Assembly: GCA_010015585.1 (NCBI GenBank)
Contig: ML975151.1
Reading direction: 5' to 3' (one strand)
Length of the DNA: 64,000 bases
Source of the DNA: Eremomyces bilateralis CBS 781.70
Taxonomy: Eukaryota
The translations under genes were made by a program, and so were the position numbers. Below are positions 35,622 to 46,464 of the stretch, in pieces. Each line of letters opens with the position of its first letter. Position 1 is the stretch's first letter. The notes under the pieces were generated by a model. The model made no database searches. It saw only the letters and a program-made list of their open reading frames with translations, and was not told the origin of the DNA.

Positions 35622-36933
35622 ATGGCTCCTCAATTCCCTCCCCCGCCAGTCGATACCATCGGTAAGTCGCAAATCGCAATGTCATTATCAAGACCAACCA
35701 TACTGACGCCCTAAACAGATTGGTCCAATGTCGGCTTCCGCGTCCGCGAAGGTTCGTCCTGTCCCCCTTCCGCTCCTCCTCCTCCACCACCACTAATCTC
35801 CCCTCCAGTGAACGGCCACATCGAATCCCACTACTCCACCTCCACCGGCCAATGGTCCCCCCCAACCTTCGTCACCGACCCCTTCCTCCGCATCCACGGC
35901 CTCGCCCCAGGCCTCAACTACGGCCAACAATGCTATGAGGGCCTCAAAGCCTTCCGCCACCCCGACGGCGACATCCGCATTTTCCGGCCCGCCAAGAATG
36001 CCACCCGCATGGCCCATTCGGCTTCGTTCATCTCCATCCCTACCGTCCCCGAGGCGCATTTCTTGAAATGTGTGCACGCCGCCGTCGCGCAGAACGCCGC
36101 GTTCGTCCCGCCGCATGAGACTGGCGCCGCGATGTATATTCGGCCGTTGCTATTCGGTTCGAGCGCGCAGCTGGGTTTGAATCCTGGGGATGAGTACCTG
36201 TTCTGCGTCTACGTACTGCCAACTGGAGTGTATCATGGGACGAATCCGGTGGATTGTCTGGTGCTGGAGGACTATGACCGGGCGGCGCCGGAGGGGACGG
36301 GGAGCGCGAAAGTGGGCGGGAACTATGCGCCGGTGTTGCGGTGGAGTGAGAAGGCGTATAAGGAGGGGTTTGGGATCACGTTGCATTTGGATAGTAAGGA
36401 GAGGAGGGCGGTCGATGAGTTTAGTACGAGTGGATTCATTGGAGTAAAGAGAACGGGTGAGGGCGAGGCGGAGAAGGTCACGATAGTCGTTCCGGACTCG
36501 AAGAACGTAATTGATAGTGTGACGAGTGCGAGCGTGTGCGATATGGCTAAGAGTTTTGGATGGACGGTGGAGAAGCGCGAGGTAGGGTTTCCTACCGCGA
36601 TCGGAGAGACCATAAGGCTAACCATTTTTACACCAGATCCTCTACGAAGAACTCCCCAGCTTCTCAGAAGTTTTGGCCGCCGGCACAGCAGCCGCTCTTG
36701 TTCCTATCCGATCGATCACCATGAAATCGAAGGGCGACAAGTTCGAGTACCTACCAAAAGACGCTGGTCCAGGTCCAGCCTGTATCAGGCTACTGACCAC
36801 ACTCAAGGGGATCCAATTGGGCAAGGTTGACGACACGTTCAGCTGGTGTGAGAAGGTTGAGGCGCCGGAAGGATGGGGTAAGGAGGTCAACGGGACGGGT
36901 GCAAACGCAAACCATGTGGATGAACTGCCGTGA
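35622..36933 (+). CDS. Branched-chain amino acid aminotransferase (class IV PLP enzyme, TOXF-like subgroup)
   Basis: Introns 35662-35718, 35752-35808 and 36582-36636. Motifs: DTIDWSNVGF, GLNYGQQCYEGLKAFR, MYIRP, GSAKVGGNYAP (PLP Lys), DEFSTSGF and LAAGTAA. No mitochondrial presequence is evident. Confidence 0.93.
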
Positions 36934-37317
36934 GTCAAACAGAGGGCGGCAATCAGTGGCATTCTGCAGATTAGCGTTATGATTAGCGTTATAATGGCTA
37001 GAAATGACCATGTGAAGGTAAAAAATATGCATATATCACCTTTCATCTGCACATGCTCAGCTCTTTATACATGCATCTTCAGTCCTAAGACGTTCAACAC
37101 AGAGTACTCGTTATCATATCCTCCTGACCCGCAAATCACTTGCGAAAATCACACTTCCATCAACACTCTCCAAGTCTGAAAGAAATAGCAAATTCGACAA
37201 TCCACTGCTGGTGGACTACAAAAGATGTGCCCCCGAATCGTCTTCCGTAATCCAGATCTTTTCCATCACCACGGCCTCCATCTGAACTGCTTCAGTGCTC
37301 AAGGGCGAGAAGCGACA

Positions 37318-37869
37318 ATGTCAGACACCCACAAACACGACATAGAGCATGCTCCACATGTTGATGGACGGAACGACGCCGCGAGTTCCGGCCTGGCTTT
37401 TGCCAAACCTACCAACCCCGAAGGTCCCGCGCGGGAATGGCAGGAAATTTTCGCCAAATCACTCCGTAGCGACTCTGACGACCACAACCTTCACCCCGAG
37501 GGTCCACCACAATTCACCTCCAAAGCCCAAGCCCGCTACCGCGGCTTCAACGACGCCCTCCTCGCCAGCATCCGCTGGCAAGTTGCCCCCGCCAACCACC
37601 CCGAAAGCCCCGCAACTGAAGAATACCGCGCCAACCTCCTCAGTGGCATGGTTATCAAGGGCCAGGAGTTGCTGGACGACGATTGCAAGAGCATTAAAGA
37701 CACGCTCAGGTGGGAAATCGACTGGGTGAAGAACGAGCAGAAGGGGCTGGAGAAGAAGTTGCGGGCGCTGGTGAGAAGGGAAGCGGAGTTTGAGGCGGAG
37801 GAGAGGGTGTTGGAGCAGAATTTGGAGCTGGCGAGAAGGGAGTTGGAGAAGTCGGAGCGAAAGGTCTAG
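37318..37869 (+). CDS. Hypothetical protein with C-terminal coiled coil
   Basis: Single ORF (upstream in-frame ATG at 37225) with coding-like third-position bias and a heptad E/K/L/R-rich C-terminus. No family recognised. Confidence 0.6.
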   Translation: MSDTHKHDIEHAPHVDGRNDAASSGLAFAKPTNPEGPAREWQEIFAKSLRSDSDDHNLHPEGPPQFTSKAQARYRGFNDALLASIRWQVAPANHPESPATEEYRANLLSGMVIKGQELLDDDCKSIKDTLRWEIDWVKNEQKGLEKKLRALVRREAEFEAEERVLEQNLELARRELEKSERKV

Positions 37870-38306
37870 GCTTTGGCCGAGCTGCGGACCCGTGGGGGAA
37901 TGAAACAGTCCAGGCGAATGCTGCTCTAGGAGCAATCCGGTACGGGGTTATAAGGCCACAGAGATCCTATCGGACAGATGTAGCTCTATGTCTTGGGGAT
38001 GAAGCATGACTATGTTATTGAGAAAGTATTCGACGGTTGAGCGAAGAGGATATATATCAAACCCAAGAAGGCCGGAGTGAGCATCGAGAACGGATATCAT
38101 CAGTAACAGAGGGATTCATTCAATCCATCCTCTAACGGTCAAAAATTCAACCAGGCCATCTGAGTGTGACACGGACCTATAAGTTTTAATTATCATATGG
38201 TCAATAAATCTAGCTTGGGTATACAGACCATGGGTTGCCTTAGAAACTCCAGATCCGCCTTCTAATATGTTCTTCTCTTTCACAGACCATCGCTGTCTAC
38301 TTCAAC

Positions 38307-39072
38307 TCATTTCCCAATCGTGCTAAACAACCGATCACCCACGTCCCCCAAGCCCGGCTTAATAAACCCCTTCCCATCCGTCTCCGCATCACACCCCCCA
38401 ACCCACACCTCCACCCCCTCACTCCACCTCGTCGCCGCCTTCCTCAACCCTCCCTCACTCGCCAACACCCCAATCGCAATAATCCTCTTCACCCCCCACT
38501 CCTGCAACGTGTCGATGGCCGCACACATGGTCTGCCCGGTCGCGATGACTGGATCGATCACGATCGCCAGCTCGGACGGGCCGGGCTTCGTCGTCGACGG
38601 GCGGTGATACGGCAGGTTGTTGTAGTACTCCACCGGCTGCAACGTGGCTTTCTCGCGGTAGAGGCCGAGGTGGTGGACGGGCACGGGGTTGGGCAGGAGG
38701 GATTCCAGCGCGTCGACCATGCCGAGCCCGGAGCGGAGGATAGGAACCAGGGAGATGTGCGAGGGGGAGATGGTCTGGGTTGTGTATTCGTAACCCAAGG
38801 CGGAGGTATCCTGGATTGATCGTCAGCGGCAGGCACATGGATGGCGGGGTGTAGTTGAGGGAAGGGGAATTGGTGACAGAAGCACATACAGTCCCTGTCT
38901 CCTTGGTCGACAGCCCGTGGGCGAGAGCCTCGCATCCTACGATGACGGCAATCTCGTGGATCAAGGTCTTCGTGTCCTTGGCACTTGTGCTTTGTGAACG
39001 GAGCTGGGAGAGCTTCGCTTGGAGGCATGGATGGGAGGAGACGTGAGCATTCGGAGGGAGAGGTTCCGACAT
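38307..39072 (-). CDS. Uracil phosphoribosyltransferase
   Basis: Intron 38811-38889. Motifs: HP....KLSQLR, LVPILRSGLGM, HLGLYRE, PRPP loop IDPVIATG and GFIKPGLGDVGDRLF. Confidence 0.93.
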
Positions 39073-40078
39073 GGTGCTGGTGGAAGTTGTGATTGGAATG
39101 ATGGCACAGGGAGTCCCGGTGCTTCAGTGCTGAGTTTATATTGCGTCAATGTAAAGTATATTCTTGAATTGGAAGGGCACGGAGTATTCGTGGAAGTTCG
39201 TTGATTGTCTGGGGACCTCTGGGGGGTCATTGTCGTTAAATGTCGTAGAGCCTCCAACGTCATTGGACCATTAGAGATTACACGTAACACGACATGCGGT
39301 GTTCAATAATAATAACGAGATAAGGGATAAGCTATTCTGTGGAGAAAGTTATCTATTCATCTTTTAGCCTGGATTCTGGAGTCCGATCATCTCCTTCCCG
39401 TTCATAATTCTATCTTTCGCAATCGTCGATACGAATGTTGGTAGATGCCGGGCGGCGAGTTGGAGATGAGAAGCCGACGGCGTCCCGCGCCGTAGCCCTC
39501 ATCTCAAGCTGAGCACATCCGTCATTTCCCCACACCACCTCGTGTGGACCAGATGTATCGATATAAATCCGGGGTCGAAACGATAGGGTCATCCGTGGAC
39601 GTCGAAATTGCTCGGCACCGAACAATATACGACCACACCAGTACCTTCAACAGGTCAATGGCGACAGGACGCATGTCTCCCACATCTCGGAGCCATCGGC
39701 TTGCCATACGGGGATATATTTCCTCGACCAAGAGTTGTGAAAAGGTTCGGATCGTCTCGAGCATGTTTCACATATCCCTAGTCCGGCAACCTCGTTTGGC
39801 AAATCCAAGCTTTTTGGCATGCTGCATATTGCACACATCCTGACACCCGGGAGGCATGGTATTACTGTAAGTAAGTCTGGGATTAAATTGAGTACGGCAA
39901 TGATATACACTCGATCGGAAACTGAAACCCCGTCGTGCCCGTGAAGTTTACATGTGCTATATAATGCGGGCATGGTCGCTCATCATCGGCTGCAATCCGC
40001 TGCTCCCTACAGTTTCTCCATCCTTTGTAGTGCTTTTCTATCGTCAACGTTAGGGTTCGCAAACGTATCTCCGTCACA

Positions 40079-41928
40079 ATGGCGGCGACTGAGCATTTGC
40101 TTAGGCAGGGCTCGTTCCCGGCGTTCTTTGGTATTGTTGCCATTGCTACTCTTGTCATTCGATATCTCTATCCGGACCTGTTCTCTCAAAGTCCTATCTC
40201 AAAGCTACCATATGTTGGGACACATGTCGGCTTGCCAATACAGAAGAAGATTTCATTCATGACGAATGCGCGGAAGCTGCTTCGAGATGGCTATAGGAAG
40301 GTATAGAATGCTTCCTCGACAGCAACGTTCTTCCTTTGACACAAGTTTCAGTTTCACATCTACCGTACCGAGACCGCACTGGGTCAGTGCGTGTTCCTGT
40401 CGAGAGACTCAATGGTGGAACTCCTGAAAAAGCCGGATGAGGTAATCAACTTTGAGAAGGTCGTCATAAAGGTAGATAACAGCCGGGGTCGATCGGCAAA
40501 TTTATTTTAATGAGTGAAGGACTTCGAATGCAAACTCACGAAGCTTGCTTCATCTGAGCCCATTGTTCCGCACACCATCCGATCCGATCTTACCCCGGGA
40601 TTAGGTATTGCCCCCAGATACATCAAGTAGCGATGATGCTTAGTATGAACCAGTTCGAATCATTCCCCGTGTCGCCATCGAAGTGGCCCGGACCATTGAC
40701 AACGAGCTTCCCGCTACCGATTCGTGGACCGCCCACAATATCTACGACAAGCTTCTCCGCATCGTCGCCATTTCCGCCGGCTCCGCATTCCTCGGCCCCG
40801 AGAGCTGCCACAGCGAAGAATGGATCCAGTCCGCGGTCGGATACACGATCGATGTCGTCACCGGCGCCGTCATTCTCAAGCTGTTCCCGTCCTTTCTGCG
40901 CCCACTGGCGGCCAAGTTCGTCCCGGCGATCAAGCGGGTGGATCGGCATCGAGCGGGGATCAGTCGGATGATGGTGCCAATCATTAGAGAACGGAAAGAG
41001 AAGGCGAATACCCCTGGCTATGAGAAGCCGGATGATATGCTGCAATGGATGCTGGATAAGGCCCCTGAATATGGTATCGAGAACGATGAAGAAATGGCAT
41101 ATGTTCAGCTAGGAGTCGGGCTGGTGTCGATCCATAGTACGACTTCGACTGCAACTCAAGCGTACGTAAAGGTAGGCTCGTTTATTTCGATGAACTGTTC
41201 CTGAAGGAATACCGCAGGTTATACGATCTCGCCGCCCGTCCCGAATATTTCCAGCCACTCCGAGACGAAATCGCAAAAGCTCTACAGGAGAGTGGCGGTG
41301 ACTTCACGAAAGACAGCCTGTATAGTTGCAAACTGCTTGACAGCTTTATGAAGGAATCTCAACGAATGAGTCCCATCTCTATGGGTCCGTCCCACCCCTT
41401 CTTGGCTCTTCTGCTGAGGAGACGCACTGACCCTCCTAGTCATCGGAAAACGCATCCTCGAAGAAGACGTACAATTGTCAAACGGCGTCTTCCTCCCTAA
41501 AGGCACTCTTGTCGCCTCGCCAGCAGAAGCAGTCGGCAACGATCCAGCGCACTTCGAGAACCCTGACGAGTTCGACGGCTACCGTTTCTATCGGCTACGG
41601 CAAAAGGGTGGTCTTCAGGGCAACTTGAACCAAATGGTCACTGCGAACAAGCAGAATTTGGCGTTCGGCTACGGAAAGCACGCGTGTCCTGGCCGGTTTT
41701 TTGCCGTTGCTGAGATCAAGCTAATCGTAGCGCATATCCTGCTGAATTATGATATCGAGCTGGCGGACAAGTCGGTGGGGAGGTATCCGAATAAGTTCCA
41801 TGGCGATGCGGTAGGTTTAGAAGCAGAAGTTCACCAGGATATACCTTGCTAACGCGTAATAGTGCACGCCTGATACCTCGAAGCAGTTGCTGTTCCGTAA
41901 ACGACTGTCTGGGCAGAGTGAGATATAA
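40079..41928 (+). CDS. Cytochrome P450 (ent-kaurene-oxidase-like group)
   Basis: Seven exons splice in frame by hand; intron donors are near 40301, 40472, 40605, 41162, 41385 and 41811. N-terminal membrane anchor, IRSDLTP, DDMLQW, SIHSTT, LDSFMKESQR (ExxR), FDGYRF and the heme motif FGYGKHACPGRFFA. Confidence 0.92.
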
Positions 41929-42122
41929 CTCCACATTTGCAAGGGATCAAATCAAAATCCCATAGAAGTTTACCCTCTTTGTCAGACCATGTTCCGCAAA
42001 AAAAAAGATTTCCTGAGGGATATTACTTCATTAGTACTATGGATTTGCGTTGTTCCGAATATATCGATCTATTACGCGAAGGATAGTAATGCCTAACATC
42101 ATGCGCCCCCATCTCACAAGGT

Positions 42123-43789
42123 CTACGCGTAGACCGCCAGGAGGACGACAAATAGGATGCTGCCACCGATGAGGGCTGATATAAGCATAGCCTTTGTCCA
42201 GTTAGTTTCTGGGGTCTTGGGTGAGCTCCTTTGAACGTCCGTCCAAGCAGGGGTGGTTGGAAGACTCGCCGTGGCTGGAGGGCTCGCCGTAGCTGGAGGA
42301 CTCGCCGTGGCTGGAGGACTCGCTATAGCTAGAAGGCTCGGTGCGGCTGGAAGACTTGGCGCGGGTAGAACACTCGCTGCTGTTGAAAGACTCGGCGCGG
42401 CTAGAACACTGGGTGCGGTTGGAACACTCGGCACGGTTGGAAGATTCGGCACAGTGGGAACACTCGGCACGTTAGGGACACTCAGTACGCTTGGAAGTGT
42501 CGCCGTTGTTGGAAGTGTTGCCGTGGCTGGAAATGTCGCTGTGGTTCGATGTCTCGCCATGGTTGAAACTCTCGCCTTCTTCGTGCAGTAGGCGAGAAAG
42601 TCACCATAGGTTGTTCTTTCGATATATTTCTTGAACTCTGGGGCAACACCTGCTCCATCCTCTTCATAGTTGGCTGCCCTTCCTCGACGAGCGTGGAAAC
42701 AGACACCCTGATTATCGGGCCGAGTACCACATCGTAGCGCCCACATTCTTTCACTGGTAATGCCTTGGTCTCGCATAATTCGAAGGGGGTTCCATCCAAC
42801 TTGCTGGTTATTGGGGTCTCGATGACACAGCGGCAAATTCTCCAACTCAGACCAATGCCTATCGTCGTGAGACGGGCAATCGGTGATTAGGGAAAGCTTC
42901 GCGAGAGGTTTAGTTTGCGATCCGTCCCGAGTTGCCAACACCTGGTTCCCGAAATTCGCAAGGGAAGTCCACGGTGGTTCGGGTTCATCGTTGGGATCCA
43001 CATCATGACGGAATTGGTGCAACTCCGACAGAGTACTGTCGATCGACCCATAGTACCGACTAAAGATCCGTAAATCCTTCCATCCTTTGCCATTCTCCAG
43101 AAGGTGCTGTTTGAAAACGAGGCGTTCCTCTCCTACCACATTGGACTCCTTCGTACCATACCAACCGAACGTCTTGGTTCTGTGGAATTTCTCAATTAGA
43201 ACGAGCGTATCAAGCCGCAACCCTGGGAATACCGGGAACATATTCCGCCACAGGTATGATTCGTTCGAGATCATGGAATCGTCCAACACGATGACTACAT
43301 GTCGAATGCAGCGCCGGTAATTTTCGGGCATCCGCATCATTAGGCCGACAAAGTCGAGGCACGACGCACATCTAAAGGTCACCTTGCTCAGTAAGGGGAG
43401 CATGGCTTCCTCCTTGATCGCTTTGCATGTTGCCAACACATCGAGGCCGTTGTATCGGCCTCTCGCTGTAGTGTGTCAGTGACACAACCTGCCATTGCCA
43501 ACCGGATAGATAAAGGATCTTCAAGACTGACATTGAACCGGCGACTCGTAGGCACCTAGAGTCCCTTTCCTGAGAAACGTTGGCCAAAATTCATCGAATT
43601 TGAGGATCTTTGAGGCGCCAAGCTCTTCATATATATTCATGCGTATCTCCAAAGGAAGGTCAAAGAAGGTCTTCCCCTTTCCCGCCTTTGGTTGGGCCGT
43701 CCTGCTTCAGAATGTCAACTAACGGTGCATATAGCACAAATATTTCTAACTTACCTAGATAGGAAAGGTTCCTCAAGAGCTAGAGGCAT
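42123..43789 (-). CDS. Hypothetical protein: F-box-like N-terminus, hexapeptide-repeat stalk, C-terminal transmembrane helix
   Basis: Introns 43705-43754 and 43466-43531 link MPLALEEPFLS|..KTFFDLPLEIRMNIYEEL to the 438-aa ORF (LATCKAIKEEA..L...VTF). The protein ends AMLISALIGGSILFVVLLAVYA*. Confidence 0.75.
42253..42542 (-). repeat. Coding 18-bp minisatellite, ~16 degenerate copies
   Basis: Encodes TATFPA TATLPT TATLPS VLSVPN VPSVPT VPNLPT VPSVPT APSVLA APSLST AASVLP APSLPA APSLLA IASPPA TASPPA TASPPA TASLPT. Confidence 0.9.
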
Positions 43790-44625
43790 ATTCGAGAAGA
43801 TGCTAGTGGTTACTGGTATGGCTTGTTGTCTAGAAGGGCTACGGGATTGTGATTCTTGTAGACTGCGGTGCAAAGAACATGTCGAGAGGGAGACGGCTGA
43901 AGGAATAGAAATACGAGAGAAAATAAATTCTATGGTTAACAATTTCAATAGAACCGTAACCTTTATATGAATTCTTTTGGCTTGCAGTAATTGTCCGGAT
44001 GACTCTACTCTACCAAGTCCAGGGGATATATTGTACCAAGGTCGAGGCGAACCGGTATGGTGCTTGGTTGGTTCCCAGTACCGCTAAATGTGTGCCTACT
44101 CACCGAACGTTTGGCTGGAGCCCTCTACCATAGATCATTTGTACTTTCCATAGCCTCAAGATAGAGTGTGAGCACAATTCCTACAGACGTCTTAAGTGGT
44201 GTCAGAGAGCTTGGGGGGTAGTTCGGCACTGATATATCAGTGGTAGAGGGATCCCCAGTGGACTCGTTTTGTATTCGCAAACGGCAGTGTTGTTTCTGAT
44301 AGTATGAACAACGTTAGCTACTAAAGCATTAATTTTATGAATGCAGATACTGTACGGTAGGAACATGGAGAGTTTGTAAATACATGTTTTAAGTTGTGCT
44401 CAATGTTTGGTTCAGTCTGGGGTTCGTCTCATTTCACGGACTGCAGTGCAGAGTTATATCCGGCGATGATGAGCAGACTATCCGCCGGTGGAATTTATAA
44501 TACATTTTTCTGTTTTCCTATGCAGAATTTCTAATATCTACAAACTACGCTTTGACAAATATTACAGGAACCTAGCTTGACCGAAGCCACACTCCAAGAT
44601 CCATCAACCACACTGTTCAGTCATT

Positions 44626-45255
44626 TCAGTGGTCCAGAAGAGCCTCCGCCGGACACGCCTCAAGATTTCCCCGATTTTCATCTCGCAAATCCCATAGCTC
44701 CGTATCCTCCGCCCTAACTGGTCGATACAAGGGTAAGCCACTTTCCGCCAAGATGCTATCCTCCGGGAACGTGTACCTACAGAATAGCATCTCTGTCCTC
44801 GAGAACCGGCCTCCGTACGAGAAGTCGCGCGCAATAATCTGCAATGAAGAGATCCCGTCGCGCCCGAACGCCCATTGCATGAAACCATACAGTTCCGGCG
44901 TTGGCCGCGGGACCTCGATCCCTTCAAAGGTGGACAGAATGTAATACTGCATGCGGATGCGTTCGTTCCATTGCGGATCATTGCTGCTCAAAAATCCATA
45001 AGGATCCGTGTTGTTCAGCGAGACGGGTACGGCCGGGAAGTCGAAGGCGATGGCAAAGCTTCCTGCTTCTTTGATGAATCGTCCAGATCCTCGTATGTAG
45101 AGAACATTCAGGGTGCCGCTGTGTTGACCGCTGTGGAGAACGACCTTAAGGAGTTTGGGGTAGCAATTAAGTCCGAGGAAGTCGCAGTCTAGGCCACTCA
45201 GCATAGTCAGTTCATCATCCGGCATGAAGGGCGGGAAAGGAGGTATCGACCACAA
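44626..45255 (-). pseudogene. 3' fragment of a fungal hypothetical-protein gene
   Basis: A 209-codon frame with a block I recall from long fungal hypothetical proteins (L.VLYIR..G...FMQWAFGRDGISSLQIIARDFSYGGRF...LFCR...LEACP.E.LL). There is no open upstream continuation. It could instead be a short intact gene starting at an internal Met. Confidence 0.5.
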
Positions 45256-46464
45256 CTACGGACTTATATAATGGAAATTAAATTGGGACCATTTCGACAG
45301 CTGGAATATTCACCGTTTAATCCTTTGTATTTACTAGCGGTGTTTCTATCGTGTGGAAGCGTTCTGATCCAACAAACCGTTGAACTATCTTACCCCCTGA
45401 GCATCATCTACTCGCAGTGAGGAATAATCGCAACGGGTGGTTCCTGCTCCAGCTATATCCCAGTCTAACCACGAAATAACGAAGTCCCTGCCGATAATGA
45501 CCACTGTACTTGCTATATGGCAGAGAATAAAGGAAGGACCGCGATCAGTGTGGAGAGATCCCGTCGAGACACCCCAGACCAGCTCAGCTCTAGTGTGCTC
45601 ATAACCCGCACGGAGAGTTTTCACAAAGTCGCGTTATAGTCCTGCTCTGGCCAGTTAAATGTATTCTCATCAAAAGCATATGATGGAATAGAGTGGAATG
45701 AAAAGGCGTGGAAGAGCTTTGATCGATCTTAACCGTATTCAGATCGTTGACAGACCTCATGAAATGCAAAACCAGCAACCGCAACCAACCGTGAATTTAA
45801 GAACGTGGGAGAAACACAAATAGTACGATACGTTGATTATATTAGTAGACTTATAAGAAAAAGATTTGACCGCGATATATAGAGCTTCTGGTTGAGTAAG
45901 AAATGTGCCGAACGTGACGATAGCCAAGTGATTCTGGCGGAAATGGCATTGGTTCTCCAGGAATGGGTAGAATCTGATACTGGTGCTCTGAACCAGGGTG
46001 TCATGTTCAAATGCTAATAATCGAAGAGAAGCAAACGAGAAGATGATGATGTTGTTGAGAAAGCGGGGGACTCCAGGGAATTGATGAAGTGTGACTGACA
46101 CAGTTGACTGTTTGTCGTGCCTTACCATCGCACAAGAGGATCAGAGATGGTACCCGCCTAACAAGACCCACCGGACCCCTTCGAAGAAACAGCATAAATT
46201 TCGAATTCTCCTCAACAAATACCAGACTATGAAAACCTATCTGCAAAATATGAAAAAGAACGTAATCCGACATTTTGGCGTTTTTCGCGGCACATCAAAC
46301 ATGAGGGGACCAAAATCTCCGCCCCAACGAATAACACTTTCTAACCTTCATCCTGAACAGCCCGGGTGGGGGGGACTCGTCGCAGTTGCATCGCACCTAT
46401 CGGGACCCTCGTAGCATCGATCGGACAAGTCTCACCGCCCGAAGGCGCGTGCTGTCAATGGGGT

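Noticed and set aside
35622..41928. BCAT, UPRT and P450 as a secondary-metabolite cluster
   Set aside because: No backbone enzyme, cluster regulator or intact transporter nearby, and UPRT is a salvage gene.
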